Positions 1-10,415 of a stretch of 48,334 bases of DNA are shown in pieces. This stretch comes from Variovorax sp. (lineage in GTDB: Bacteria > Pseudomonadota > Gammaproteobacteria > Burkholderiales > Burkholderiaceae_C), in the NCBI GenBank assembly GCA_028292835.1, contig JAQGLP010000109.1, forward strand, positions 1 through 48,334, in the 5' to 3' direction. Below the pieces are notes generated by a model. That model had not been told where the DNA came from. It saw only the letters and a program-made list of their open reading frames with translations, and did no database searches. Numbering within the stretch: position 1 is the stretch's first letter; every line of letters starts with the position of its first letter. The translations under genes and the position numbers were made by a program.

Positions 1-52
1 GAAGAAGCAGCCCGCGGCCCAGACCCGCGGCAAGCGCGGAGGCCGGTAAGCC

Positions 53-376
53 ATGGCGCGCACAGTGGCCCAGGTGCTGGTGTCGGCCCGCGCGACGTTG
101 AACGACGTCGCCGGGGCCCGGCACGGCACCACGGAGCTGGAAGGCTTCGTGCTGGATGCCGTCAACAGCATCCGCAACACGCGCCCGGACCTGTTCATCG
201 GCAAGTGGGGCGAGATTGCGCCGCTGACCGGATCGGCCGCCCTGCCACTGGACGCGCAGTTCTTCCGCCCGGTGGTGGATTACGTCATCGCCCGGGCCGA
301 GAGCAAGGACGCCGCGCACGTGGAGAGCGCGCGCGTTGAACTGATGGCCAAGCTGTCGGGAGGCTTCCTGCGATGA
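53..376 (+). CDS. phage virion protein, putative head-tail adaptor (DUF6682-like)
   Basis: 107-aa ORF with GGAG RBS upstream; RPDLF motif recalled from Bcep22-like structural proteins; ATGA-coupled to next gene. Confidence 0.6.
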   Translation: MARTVAQVLVSARATLNDVAGARHGTTELEGFVLDAVNSIRNTRPDLFIGKWGEIAPLTGSAALPLDAQFFRPVVDYVIARAESKDAAHVESARVELMAKLSGGFLR

Positions 377-993
377 GCAAAGCCCTGTCCGACTTCTACG
401 ACTACGTGATGCCCGAACTGCCTGGCATCACGGCCCCGCTGGTGGACCAGCACCTGCTGGCGGTGGCGCGCGAAATCTGCGAGCGCACCGGCCTGTGGCG
501 CGAGAGCGTCTCGCTGGTGGCTGAGGAAGACCGGCTGGACTACGGCCTGTACGCGCCAACGGCCCGCACCGAAGTCACGCGCGTGCTGCGCGTGAGCTGG
601 GGCCAGGTGCTGCAGTGGTGCGCCACCGAGGATCCGCAGAACCCCGAGGATCACCCGCGCTTCACGGCCGACGAGCCGCCGTTCATCCTCGACGCGGCCG
701 GCGAGACGGTGATCTTCGAGGTGCAGCCGCATGGCGACATAGACATCCTCGCGGCGCTGCGCCCATCCCTGGCCGCCATCACCTTGCCGAACATCCTGCT
801 GACGCACCACATCGAAATGGTCAAGCGCGGCGTGCATAGCCGGCTCATGCGAATGGGCGGCAAGCCCTGGACCGACCGGGATCTGGCCGTGGACTACGGC
901 CACGACTACGACGCCTTTCTAAACCACGCAGCCATGACGGCCGACAACGGCAACACCAGGGCGCTCCTGCGCTCGCGGCGCATGAAGCTCTAA
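373..993 (+). CDS. phage adaptor / tail tubular protein A-like
   Basis: 206 aa; motifs REICERTGLWR and RLMRMGGKPWTD typical of this podovirus adaptor family; sits before the tail fibres. Confidence 0.6.
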   Translation: MSKALSDFYDYVMPELPGITAPLVDQHLLAVAREICERTGLWRESVSLVAEEDRLDYGLYAPTARTEVTRVLRVSWGQVLQWCATEDPQNPEDHPRFTADEPPFILDAAGETVIFEVQPHGDIDILAALRPSLAAITLPNILLTHHIEMVKRGVHSRLMRMGGKPWTDRDLAVDYGHDYDAFLNHAAMTADNGNTRALLRSRRMKL

Positions 994-1006
994 CGAGGAC
1001 CACAGG

Positions 1007-3040
1007 ATGACCGCACCGACCCGCAACGTCATCGTCACGCTGCACGGAGCACCGGACGGTACGCGCGTCACCGCCAGGCTCGACCAGGTGGATGTGTACC
1101 AGGGCTTCATCGTGCCCAAGGAGTACCGCGCCCTCACGGTCGACAGCGTGGCGGTCATGGCGCTGTTCCCGAACCACCCGAGCACCGGGCTGGGCACGAC
1201 CGGCAGCGTCTACACCTTCGACGCCTCGCCGCGAGGCATGGCGCACTGGCGCGTGGAGAACGTGCAGGTGCCCGACGCCGACTGCTCGCTCGACGCGATC
1301 AGCCAGAACGCCGTGGCGCCGGCCCTCGATGCGGCTCAAGCGGCAATGGCTGCGGCATCTGCCAGTGCGGGCGCGGCCGGCGCCAGCGCGTTCCAGGCGG
1401 CATCGGCGGCGACCGCGGCGCAGGAATCGAAGGAGGATTCCGAAGCTGCCGCAACGCTCGCGACCCAAGCGGCCAGCCAGATCCCGGAGTTCGAGGGCCT
1501 GACGCTATCCCTTGGCGGGGGCGTCACAGAGCTGCAGGTGCTCGTCGCCCAGATGCTGTTGAACTGGCAAAGCGGCAGCCTGGCGGGCTACCAGCCGTAC
1601 CTCGTCTCCGGCACCAGCATCAAGACGGTCAACGGCGTGTCGCTGCTGGGCGCGGGCAACGTCACGGTCGGCGGCCTCGAAGCCGTGACGGTGCCGGCCG
1701 GCCTGGGTGTCGCCTTCACCGCCACCACGCTCACCCTGTCGTACGCCTCCGGCTACTCGATCCCGACCACCGCGGCACAGTCGCAGTGGTCAACCGCCTT
1801 CGGCTGGGGCAACCACCAGCTGGCCGGCTATCAGTCCGCGCTGGTGAGCGGCACCAGCATCAAGACCATCAACGGCAGCAGCGTCCTTGGCGCGGGCGAC
1901 ATAGCCGTCCAAGCCCCGCTGGTGAGCGGTACTTCGATCAAGACCATCAACGGCGCCAGTCTGCTGGGCGCTGGCGACATAGCCATCGCGGGCGGCGGCG
2001 GCGCTCCCAGCGTCGTTTCAGTCTCGCCGGCGGCCAATCAGAACGACTACGCGCCGGCCGGCTGGTCCACCGCCACCACCTTGCGCCTGTCTCCATCGGT
2101 CAGCATGGTGATCACCGGCCTGGCGGCCGCGGCGGCCGGCACGGTGCGGCGCCTGTCCAACGCCACGACCGACAAGCTGATCGTGCTGGCCGAGGACAAC
2201 GCCTCGAGCACGGCGGCCAACCGCTTCAAGAACGTGGGCGCGATCAGCCGCGGGCACGTGATCCTGATGCCTGGCGAGACTGTCTCGCTCGAATATGACG
2301 GCACCGACAGCCGCTGGAAGTTGGTCACGACCGATCGCTCGCCGATGCGCCGCTGGCAGGAGCGCCACGCCATCCCGGCCCCCAACGGCGGCGGCTTCTC
2401 CATGTCGGGGGTTTCGCTCGAAGCGATGGGCACGCTCCTCAACCGCGACATCGACACCGCCAGCAGCCTGTCGTCGGTGCCGCGGCATTCCTTCGTGACG
2501 GGCACCGGCGCCAACGCGCAAGCCGGCCTGCGTCCCAACGGCGGCCAGCTGGCGACGTTCTGGGGTGGCCTGTTTCGCGGGCGCTTCGGCGGCGCCGTGA
2601 ACCCAGGTGCTGCCGGCGTGTGGTACTTCGGGACCTCGGACGGCGTGTCAAGCCCGCCGCTCACCGCCGGCAACATCACGGCGAACGGCGGCATCGCCAA
2701 CTGCTTCGGCGTGTCGATGGACCCGGGCGAGACGAATCTGCGCTGGTGCAACAACGGCGTCTTTGGAGTCCCCACCCGCGTGGACCTCGGCGCCGGCTTC
2801 CCAATGAGCAGCACGGCGATCTATGAGCTGGTGATCTTCGTGCCGCCCGGCGGCGCCTCCAGGGCGGGCGTGATCTACCGCGTGGACGACATGAGCGTGA
2901 CGCCCGGGGCGTACTACGCCAACACCAACCTGACCCCATCGCCGTCGCAGTCGGCATTCCACTACTGCGTCTGCAACCAGGCATCCGGCGCGGAGTACGG
3001 CGTGGACGTCTTTGGCCTCGAAATCTATTCACCAGCGTAA
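1007..3040 (+). CDS. tail fibre protein
   Basis: 677 aa; GAGGA RBS; Ala-rich coiled segment, three LVSGTSIKT(V/I)NGxS(L/V)LGAG repeats, beta-rich C-terminal head. Confidence 0.75.
   Translation: MTAPTRNVIVTLHGAPDGTRVTARLDQVDVYQGFIVPKEYRALTVDSVAVMALFPNHPSTGLGTTGSVYTFDASPRGMAHWRVENVQVPDADCSLDAISQNAVAPALDAAQAAMAAASASAGAAGASAFQAASAATAAQESKEDSEAAATLATQAASQIPEFEGLTLSLGGGVTELQVLVAQMLLNWQSGSLAGYQPYLVSGTSIKTVNGVSLLGAGNVTVGGLEAVTVPAGLGVAFTATTLTLSYASGYSIPTTAAQSQWSTAFGWGNHQLAGYQSALVSGTSIKTINGSSVLGAGDIAVQAPLVSGTSIKTINGASLLGAGDIAIAGGGGAPSVVSVSPAANQNDYAPAGWSTATTLRLSPSVSMVITGLAAAAAGTVRRLSNATTDKLIVLAEDNASSTAANRFKNVGAISRGHVILMPGETVSLEYDGTDSRWKLVTTDRSPMRRWQERHAIPAPNGGGFSMSGVSLEAMGTLLNRDIDTASSLSSVPRHSFVTGTGANAQAGLRPNGGQLATFWGGLFRGRFGGAVNPGAAGVWYFGTSDGVSSPPLTAGNITANGGIANCFGVSMDPGETNLRWCNNGVFGVPTRVDLGAGFPMSSTAIYELVIFVPPGGASRAGVIYRVDDMSVTPGAYYANTNLTPSPSQSAFHYCVCNQASGAEYGVDVFGLEIYSPA
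1601..1981 (+). repeat. three intragenic tail-fibre repeats (LVSGTSIKTxNGxSxLGAG)
   Basis: Copies start at about 1601, 1841 and 1919; visible in both DNA and protein. Confidence 0.85.
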
Positions 3041-3052
3041 GGAAGAAATCCC

Positions 3053-6000
3053 ATGCCGACTACCTCCGAACAGATGGCGACGCTGATCGCCACCAACAAC
3101 CAGCTGCTGCAGCTGATGAACGTGTCGCGCGCCTCACTGGACACGGTGGTGAGCCAGTGCCAGGCGATCCGTGACTCGATGCCCACCGGCGGCGGCAGCG
3201 GAAGTTCCGCGGTCGAACTGAAATTCGTCCCGCTGGTGCGTTTCGGCGGCGCCTCGACCGGCATCGCCTATGCGCCAGGCTCGCAAACCGGCGACTCCTC
3301 GAAGCTCGGCACGCGCGTGGACTTCACCCTCGACGCCACCCTCACCAGCAAGGGCAGCGCCACCGGCCCGATCACCATCGCCGGCTTGCCCTATCCGGCA
3401 GGGCGCACCAGCGTCGGCGTCTTCATCGAGTCCGCCACCGGCATCACCGGCCAGCTGGTTGGCCTCATCCCCGCTGGCACCACGACCATCGAGCTGTATC
3501 AGGTCGTGAACGGCGTGCCAACGGCGCTGACCAACACCCACGCGACCAACACCATGCGCATGACGGTGTCGGGCGTCTACTTCACCGCCGCCCTGGCACC
3601 GGGCGAGCCGACCACCCCTGGCGTTGACGTCATGGACATGGGCCTGAACCTGGCCTGGGTGACGAACTGGAACGGCGCATGGATGTTCAACAACATCATG
3701 TACAACGCCGGCGTCTGGGAGCGCTGGGACGGCTCGGCCTGGGTTCTGTCGGGCGTCAACGAAGACAGTGGCAACCTAATCGACGCCACCGGCATCGGCG
3801 TGTGGCGCATCCTCGTCAGTGACTCGAACGTGCAGAAGTCGCTGCCGCTGGGCGACTACACCATCCTCAACCCGAACGGCTGCAAGATTCAGGTGAGCAA
3901 TTCGTTCGCCGACCCGGGCACGCGCAGCCAGACCTCGCCGCAGACCTACACCCACAGCAACGTGAACAACGCTGTGCTGCTGTACTGCACCGGGCCGTGC
4001 ACCGGCGTGCGGATCATCATGCCGGGCCAGCTCACCGCCTGGCAGGCGGGCAACATCTGGAGCACTGACTTCCTGGCCTTCCACGCGGGGCTCGACGTCA
4101 AGATCCTGCGCACCATGGACTGGACCAACGGGTCCGGCAACGTGGAGACGGACTGGACCGACCGCGTGCGGCCCGACGCCCAGACCCTGCGCCACGGCGC
4201 CGGCGGGCTGCAGGGCATCGTGCCGTGGGAGTTCATCATCGACTTGGCCAACCGCATCGGCGCTGACCCGTGGGTGTGCCTGCCGGTGCGCTCGACGGCC
4301 GGCTACGAGGCTGCGATGGCGGCGCTGTTCAAGGACGGTACCGGCGCCATCGCCTCGCCAGTGGGCCTCCTGGGCGGCACCGGCCTGGGCTCGACCCACA
4401 AGGTCTATCTCGAGCGCGGAAACGAGGTGTGGAATACCGGCCCGGCCTGGGCGGGCAGCGCCAACTGGGTGCAGTTCCTCAACCACACGAAAACGCTGAT
4501 CACCGTCAACCCGGCCACCGACGTCTTCACGCACGTGGGCCACGGCTTCACCACCGGCAAGGCGGTGCGCATTTGGTGGACGCCGCAGACCGCCAAGAAG
4601 TGCAACGGCAACGAGTTCGACAACGCGAACCTCGAGTCCTGGCTGTTCTGCCGCGGCGAGCCGGTCTACTTGGAAGTCATCGACACCGACCACTACAAGG
4701 CGCGCAGCAACTCGCCGGCGGGTCCGATCATCACGGTGACGGACACCATGAGCACGTTCTACGTGGTCAACCCCACGGAGGCCGGCAAGGACAGTGGCCA
4801 GGCGCACGCGAACTACGGCGTGCTGTCGCTGCGCAGCTGGGACACGTTCGACGCGGCGCTGACCGCTGCGCGCGTGCACCGGCTGGTGGGCTCGCAGGCC
4901 GTCTATGGCGCCATCACCACCGCGCGCCTCACCGCGCCGGTCATCGCCCGCGCCTCTTCGGTGACGATCGCCCCGTACGTCAACGGCGACGTCTACGTCA
5001 CGGCCGTGACCATCGGCACCGGCTCGCTGGCGCCGAAAGTGTGGTCAAGCGATGACGTCACCTGCTACATGGCGCTGTGCCCCTCGGCCTCGACGCCAAC
5101 CGACGAACAGGTCATCGCGGGCGCCGGCGGCGGCATCACGGCCGCGCGCAGCGCCACCGCAGTTCCCGGCAACGCTGGCGTCTACACCAACCCGGCGGCC
5201 GGCGGCGCCTTCACCGGGCTGGTCAACGGCACCAACTACAAGGTGGTGTTCCTGTTCGTGGACGTCTACGGCCTGCGCTGGCGCATCGAGCAGACGGTTG
5301 CGCCGGCCGTGGCCGTCTCGACGGTCTACGGCTACGACACCCTGGCTAACCAGCAGCTGCGCATGATCTTCAACAGCTCCGAGAGCAGCGCGCAGACCGT
5401 CCCGATGCACATGGCCCTGGCCAGCGGCCTGCCTGTGGGCGCCTACGAGGGCGCCTCGCATCAGGACTATGCTTCGCCGCAGCAGGCCAGCGACTGGATC
5501 AAGCAGGTGTGGCTGCCCTCGGCGCAATACGCCGAAGCGCACCGCCGCAACCTGCTCAAGCTGGCCGCGCTGGGCTGCCGCTACTACTGCGTTTTCACGG
5601 AAATGACCGGCCCGAACGGCACGTGGAATATCACGACCAAGTACGGCAACACGACCGACCCGCGCTACGTCATGCTGGCGACGCTGGGCAACGCGGTGCC
5701 CAAGCGCACCAACATCGACTGCTCGAATGTCTCGGTGCCGAACCTGCCGACGAAACCGGGCTCGTTCCCCTACGTGATGCAGACCCTGCCGGCGGGCACG
5801 TACACCATCCGCGGCGGCAACCAGGCCGGCAACTTCGACGTCTCCGGCACCAGCCTGCGGATGATCGCGGACACCGGCATCAATTGGGCCCTGCCCACGA
5901 CCCAGACGCTGATCCTGCACGCCACCGACACCTTCACCGATGACCTGTTCAGCGTGCAGATCATCACCGGCAATTCGTGGTACGCCTCCGACGCGATCGG

Positions 6001-6613
6001 CGCGCTGGAAATGACGACGCAGGCCGCGCCGGCAAGCCTCACCTCCAAGGTGGGCTCCGCGCTCACGCCAGCTGGTGCTCAGGGCGCGTTCGTCGGCGGG
6101 ATGTTCAACAACCAAGCCGGCTCCGAATACGGCTCGGTCACGGCCCTGATCGCCGCCGGGGTCTACACGAAGCCGCTGTTCGTGGCGATGGTGTTCGACA
6201 AGGACGATCAAACCGCCGCGTTCACCGGCCTGGCGCAGTTCGGTATCTCGAGCCACTTCATCACCGCGTTCGTGCGCGATTCGGCGGCCAACTTCTCCTG
6301 GCGCTTCTATGTCTCGGCGCCGGCTCAGGACGTCCTGTACGACTCGGTGTGGGCCGCCGGCAAGTCGGTGCGCTGGCTGTTCGTGGACCCGGGCAACAAC
6401 AAGGTCTACCACGGCTACAACCAAACGGACGTGACCGGCGGCACTGGCCTGGCCGCACCGGACCTGACCGGCGTGACGCTGCCGCCGCACGCCATGCTGT
6501 ACGCGACCAACGACCTCAAGGGCTCGTATCAGGTGGTCAACCGCACCGGCATGACGCTGGCTGACGGCCTGGCGCTGGTGCAGAAGATGATGACGCTGCA
6601 CGGGATCGCCTGA
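3053..6613 (+). CDS. tailspike / receptor-binding protein with clan GH-A-like glycoside hydrolase domain (putative depolymerase)
   Basis: 1186 aa; motifs GLNLAWVTNW, LRTMDW, VPWEFIIDLANRIGADPWVCLP, VYLERGNEVWN (acid/base candidate), AYEG (nucleophile candidate); Ig/cadherin-like and lectin-like segments near the C-terminus. Confidence 0.65.
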   Translation: MPTTSEQMATLIATNNQLLQLMNVSRASLDTVVSQCQAIRDSMPTGGGSGSSAVELKFVPLVRFGGASTGIAYAPGSQTGDSSKLGTRVDFTLDATLTSKGSATGPITIAGLPYPAGRTSVGVFIESATGITGQLVGLIPAGTTTIELYQVVNGVPTALTNTHATNTMRMTVSGVYFTAALAPGEPTTPGVDVMDMGLNLAWVTNWNGAWMFNNIMYNAGVWERWDGSAWVLSGVNEDSGNLIDATGIGVWRILVSDSNVQKSLPLGDYTILNPNGCKIQVSNSFADPGTRSQTSPQTYTHSNVNNAVLLYCTGPCTGVRIIMPGQLTAWQAGNIWSTDFLAFHAGLDVKILRTMDWTNGSGNVETDWTDRVRPDAQTLRHGAGGLQGIVPWEFIIDLANRIGADPWVCLPVRSTAGYEAAMAALFKDGTGAIASPVGLLGGTGLGSTHKVYLERGNEVWNTGPAWAGSANWVQFLNHTKTLITVNPATDVFTHVGHGFTTGKAVRIWWTPQTAKKCNGNEFDNANLESWLFCRGEPVYLEVIDTDHYKARSNSPAGPIITVTDTMSTFYVVNPTEAGKDSGQAHANYGVLSLRSWDTFDAALTAARVHRLVGSQAVYGAITTARLTAPVIARASSVTIAPYVNGDVYVTAVTIGTGSLAPKVWSSDDVTCYMALCPSASTPTDEQVIAGAGGGITAARSATAVPGNAGVYTNPAAGGAFTGLVNGTNYKVVFLFVDVYGLRWRIEQTVAPAVAVSTVYGYDTLANQQLRMIFNSSESSAQTVPMHMALASGLPVGAYEGASHQDYASPQQASDWIKQVWLPSAQYAEAHRRNLLKLAALGCRYYCVFTEMTGPNGTWNITTKYGNTTDPRYVMLATLGNAVPKRTNIDCSNVSVPNLPTKPGSFPYVMQTLPAGTYTIRGGNQAGNFDVSGTSLRMIADTGINWALPTTQTLILHATDTFTDDLFSVQIITGNSWYASDAIGALEMTTQAAPASLTSKVGSALTPAGAQGAFVGGMFNNQAGSEYGSVTALIAAGVYTKPLFVAMVFDKDDQTAAFTGLAQFGISSHFITAFVRDSAANFSWRFYVSAPAQDVLYDSVWAAGKSVRWLFVDPGNNKVYHGYNQTDVTGGTGLAAPDLTGVTLPPHAMLYATNDLKGSYQVVNRTGMTLADGLALVQKMMTLHGIA

Positions 6614-8289
6614 TGAAGCTCACCCTTGGCGTCTTTGCCGGCGCTGCGCGAGCGCTGCACCCGAAGCTGTTGGCCGACACAGTAGGGGTGCAGTCGCTCA
6701 ATCAGAAGCCAGGGCGCGGGGACTTCCAGCCCTGGCGCCAGCCGCTGGCGGTGGCCACGGTGCCGGCCACGCGCCAGACCATCTACCGCATGGGCCGGGA
6801 CGTCAAGAGCGACGCGAACTACTGGCTCACGTGGAGCACGCGGGTGCATGCGGTGCGCGGCTTCGACAGCCAGGACACCACCGAGCGCACCTACTACACC
6901 GGCGACGGCTTCCCGAAGTGGACCGACAACACGATGGCGCTGGGCGCCGGGCCGATGCCGGTAGCCTGGCGCCAGCTGGGCGTGCCGGCGCCGGTGAGCG
7001 CGCCCATCCTGGCCGCCAGCGGTGGCGTCTCCACCAGCACCGAGAGCCGCTACGTGGTCTACACGTTCGTCACGGACAAGGGCGAAGAGAGCGCGCAGTC
7101 GGCGATCTCCCTCGAATGCGTGTGCAAGAAGGACGCGACGCTGGCGATCAGCAACATCGAGGCGCCGCCATCGGGCTCGTTCGTCATCAACCGCGTGCGG
7201 ATCTACGTCACCGTCAGCGGCGATCGCGGCGACACCGAGTTCTTCTTCCTGCGCGAGATTGCCGCCGGCGTGACCAGCACCACCGACGACCTGCGCGCCC
7301 GCGGGCGGGTGCTGGAGACGGCCAACTGGCTGATGCCGCCGGCGGACTTGAAGCACCTCACCGGCCTGTGGGCGGGCATGCTGGCGGGCGTGAGCGCTGG
7401 AGCCTTTCGGTTCTGCGTGCCGGAGGTGCCGTACGCCTGGCCCATTGCCAATGAAATCCTGCCGCCCGATGCCTTCGCGCTTGCCATCGGCACCTGGGGC
7501 CAGAAGATGCTGGGCCTGACCACCGGGCGGCCGCTGCTCATCACCGGATCGAGCCCCGACAGCATGGATTCGCTGCCCATCGAAGGGCAGGCATGCGTCG
7601 CGCCGGCGGCCGCGGTGAGCTTCGGCCACGGCGTTGCGTGGCCGGGCGAGGACGGCCTGAGCTACATCGGCGACGCCGGCGCCAAGCTGCTGACCGACGG
7701 CCTGCTCACGCGGGACGACTGGCAGGCCATGCACCCCGCCACGATGGTGGCCGGCGAGTACGAGGGCGCGTATCTGTGCTTCTATACCGAGGGCGAGGGC
7801 GGCGCCGCGGTGCGTCGCGGCTTCCTGCTGGATCCGCTCAACCCCGCCGGCATCTTCTTCCTGGACAAGGGCTACGACGCCTGCTGGTTCGACAAGCTGC
7901 AGGACTGCCTGTACGTGCTGGATGGCACGGACGTGAAGAAGTGGGATGCCGGCACCGCGCTGATGACGGCCGTATTCCGCTCCAAGGAGTTCGTCACCGG
8001 CTACGTGAACTTCGCCTGGGCCAAGGTCACGGCCGACAGCTACCCGGTCACGCTCAAGATCGACGCCGGGCCGTTCACCTCCGATCAGATCGACGCGCTG
8101 GTGGCCTACCGGCCGGACGTCCTCTCGAAGCCTGGCGGCGACAAGGTGCGAGCCACGCTCACCGCCACCGGCGAGGATGCCTTTCCCTTGCCGGCCGGCT
8201 TCACTGCGCCCGAATGCCAGTTGCAGGTGGAAACCACCGGCGCCGTGCAGGCGGTGGTGCTGGCCACCAGCGTGGGGGAGACGGTCTAA
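6613..8289 (+). CDS. tail tubular protein B / nozzle-like virion protein
   Basis: 558 aa; YVVYTFVTDKGEESA, RVRIYVT and PYAWP motifs recalled from Bcep22-like head-closure/nozzle proteins. Confidence 0.65.
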   Translation: MKLTLGVFAGAARALHPKLLADTVGVQSLNQKPGRGDFQPWRQPLAVATVPATRQTIYRMGRDVKSDANYWLTWSTRVHAVRGFDSQDTTERTYYTGDGFPKWTDNTMALGAGPMPVAWRQLGVPAPVSAPILAASGGVSTSTESRYVVYTFVTDKGEESAQSAISLECVCKKDATLAISNIEAPPSGSFVINRVRIYVTVSGDRGDTEFFFLREIAAGVTSTTDDLRARGRVLETANWLMPPADLKHLTGLWAGMLAGVSAGAFRFCVPEVPYAWPIANEILPPDAFALAIGTWGQKMLGLTTGRPLLITGSSPDSMDSLPIEGQACVAPAAAVSFGHGVAWPGEDGLSYIGDAGAKLLTDGLLTRDDWQAMHPATMVAGEYEGAYLCFYTEGEGGAAVRRGFLLDPLNPAGIFFLDKGYDACWFDKLQDCLYVLDGTDVKKWDAGTALMTAVFRSKEFVTGYVNFAWAKVTADSYPVTLKIDAGPFTSDQIDALVAYRPDVLSKPGGDKVRATLTATGEDAFPLPAGFTAPECQLQVETTGAVQAVVLATSVGETV

Positions 8290-9996
8290 ATGGCACAGCT
8301 CCCCGATCTGCCGCCGGTCAGCAGCCCCAACTTCCTCGACCGGCTGCGCGAGCAGGTGCGCGTGCTGGCCGGCTACACCGGCATGCCGTCCGATTGGGCG
8401 CTGCGGCCAGGCAGCCTGCGCAACCTGGCGCCGGGTGGCAGCCGGGGCACCTACGTGGTCACCGGCACCACCGACGCGCCCTACGAGCGCGACCTGACCC
8501 CGCCGCCGACGCCCACCGGCCTGACCGTGGCAGCGGGCTTCACCTACCTGATCATCCAGTGCGACGCCGCGTTCTACACGCAGGGCCACGGCCACGGCCG
8601 CACCGTGGTCTACGGCACCACCCGCGCGTCGGGCGGCCCGCTGCCCACGTTCGCCGACGCCCACGAGCTCACGCAGTTCCAAGGCACCGTGTTCGCCCAC
8701 CCGGTGCCGCCGCACACCATCTGGCACATCTGGATCAAGTGGGAGACGGTAGACGGCGTGAAGTCGGAGAGCCCGGCCGGCGGCACCAACGGCGTGCAGG
8801 CCATCACCGGCCAGGTCGGGCCCGGCGATGTGAGCGACCTGGCGATCGAGGCGCAGCACCTGGCCGAAGGGGCGATCGACCTCTCGACCAACAAGGTGGT
8901 GTCCAGCGGCAACTTCGGCGCGATCGCCGTGGGCTACACGGTCACGCAGTACCTGATCGCCACCTCCGGCTTGCTGGGCAACTTGGTGGTGGACAACGCG
9001 CAGATCGCCAACCTGTCGGCATCGAAGATCACGTCCGGCAGCATCGGCGTGGGCCAGTACATCGGCTCGCCCAACTACGTGGGCGGTGCTGCTGGCTGGC
9101 GCATCTTCGGCAGCGGCGGCGCGGAGTTCACAGGCGCCGTGGTGCGCGGCACGATCTACGCCGAGACAGGCCGCATCGGTGGCGAGACAAGCGGCATCGT
9201 CATCGGGCCCGGCTACATCAAGTCCACGAACTGGAACGACACCTACTCGCCCGCCGGCACCGGCTGGGCGGCGACGTCCGCCGGCGACTTCTACATCAAC
9301 AACGCCAGCATCCGCGGACAGATCAACGTGGGATCGTTCAGCGGCTTCGGCTGGCCCGCCGCCGGGACGACCGGGGCGCACCTTGGGCCGCAGGGCCTGA
9401 TGATCGGCAACTACAACAACGGGCGGTACTTCTACGCTGACGTCGATGGCGTGATCCAGGCGCCAGGACTGAGCATCATCGCCGGCAACGCGGTTTACTC
9501 CGGCGCGCTATCGGCCGCCAGTGGCTCCTTCGCCGGCTCCCTCAGCGCCGCCACCGGCACCTTCTCCGGCGTCTTGACGGCCGCCGCCGTCAACGCGGTG
9601 GACTCGGTCAACATCGCCGGCGAGGCCGTCACCATCCCGCGCAGCGTCGCCGCGGGCAGCGCGATCAACCTGCTCGCCGGCACCGAGCAGACCCTGTGCA
9701 CCCTGCCGACTTTCATATCCAAGGGCGGCCAGGTGGTCATCATCTTCGGCGGCGTGGTTTCGTCACCGCCAGATGACGTAGTGACCGGCAACTGGCGCGT
9801 GCGCCGCAACGGCACCGAGATATTCAGCACCAGCGCGATCGTGCCGCAGTCGGTGATGACGCTGCCGCCCGTGACCGACCAGCCAGGGGTCGGCTCTGTC
9901 ACCTACACGGTGACGTACGTCCCGATCAGCACCAACGGTGCAACTGGCGCGGTGATGACGACGCGCGCCGCCTACTCGCTGGAGACGGTGAAATGA
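8290..9996 (+). CDS. tail tip / central fibre protein (DUF1983/gpJ C-terminal-like)
   Basis: 568 aa; N-terminal FN3-like PPTPTGL, IANLSASKITSGSI, GWRI..G.AEF....VRGTIYA and SGALSAASGSFAGSLSAATGTFSG repeats. Confidence 0.65.
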   Translation: MAQLPDLPPVSSPNFLDRLREQVRVLAGYTGMPSDWALRPGSLRNLAPGGSRGTYVVTGTTDAPYERDLTPPPTPTGLTVAAGFTYLIIQCDAAFYTQGHGHGRTVVYGTTRASGGPLPTFADAHELTQFQGTVFAHPVPPHTIWHIWIKWETVDGVKSESPAGGTNGVQAITGQVGPGDVSDLAIEAQHLAEGAIDLSTNKVVSSGNFGAIAVGYTVTQYLIATSGLLGNLVVDNAQIANLSASKITSGSIGVGQYIGSPNYVGGAAGWRIFGSGGAEFTGAVVRGTIYAETGRIGGETSGIVIGPGYIKSTNWNDTYSPAGTGWAATSAGDFYINNASIRGQINVGSFSGFGWPAAGTTGAHLGPQGLMIGNYNNGRYFYADVDGVIQAPGLSIIAGNAVYSGALSAASGSFAGSLSAATGTFSGVLTAAAVNAVDSVNIAGEAVTIPRSVAAGSAINLLAGTEQTLCTLPTFISKGGQVVIIFGGVVSSPPDDVVTGNWRVRRNGTEIFSTSAIVPQSVMTLPPVTDQPGVGSVTYTVTYVPISTNGATGAVMTTRAAYSLETVK

Positions 9997-10415
9997 AATT
10001 CGCCATCTTCGACATGGCCACCGGCCGCATCGACCGAATCATCGGCTGCCCCGGCTCCGAGGTGGAAATGAACCTCGGCCCAACGGAGGACGCGCTGGCC
10101 GTTTCGACCGAGACGGACACCTCCCACTACGTCAAGAACCGCAAGCTCGTGGCGTTTCCGCCCAAGGCGAGCGCGACGGCCGCCTGGGACTTCCAGAATG
10201 GGGCATGGAAGACCGACGCCCAAGCAGCTGCAGCAGCAGCGCGCCTGCAGCGCGAGCGCCTGCTGGATAAGGCCGACAAGAAAGTTGACGCCATGCAGGA
10301 CGACGACAACAAGACCGGCGAGAAAGCCTGGCGCCAGTACCGCACCGCGCTGCGAAAAATCACCGAGCAGCCCGGCTACCCCACCTCGATCACCTGGCCG
10401 GAGCCGCCGCAATGA
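9993..10415 (+). CDS. tail fibre assembly chaperone
   Basis: C-terminal AWRQYRTALRKITEQPGYPTSITWPEPP is the characteristic chaperone signature. Confidence 0.8.
   Translation: MKFAIFDMATGRIDRIIGCPGSEVEMNLGPTEDALAVSTETDTSHYVKNRKLVAFPPKASATAAWDFQNGAWKTDAQAAAAAARLQRERLLDKADKKVDAMQDDDNKTGEKAWRQYRTALRKITEQPGYPTSITWPEPPQ

Noticed and set aside
1007-10415. Diversity-generating retroelement or invertible tail-fibre cassette
   Set aside because: No reverse transcriptase, no TR/VR pair differing at adenines, and no invertase or inverted crossover sites seen
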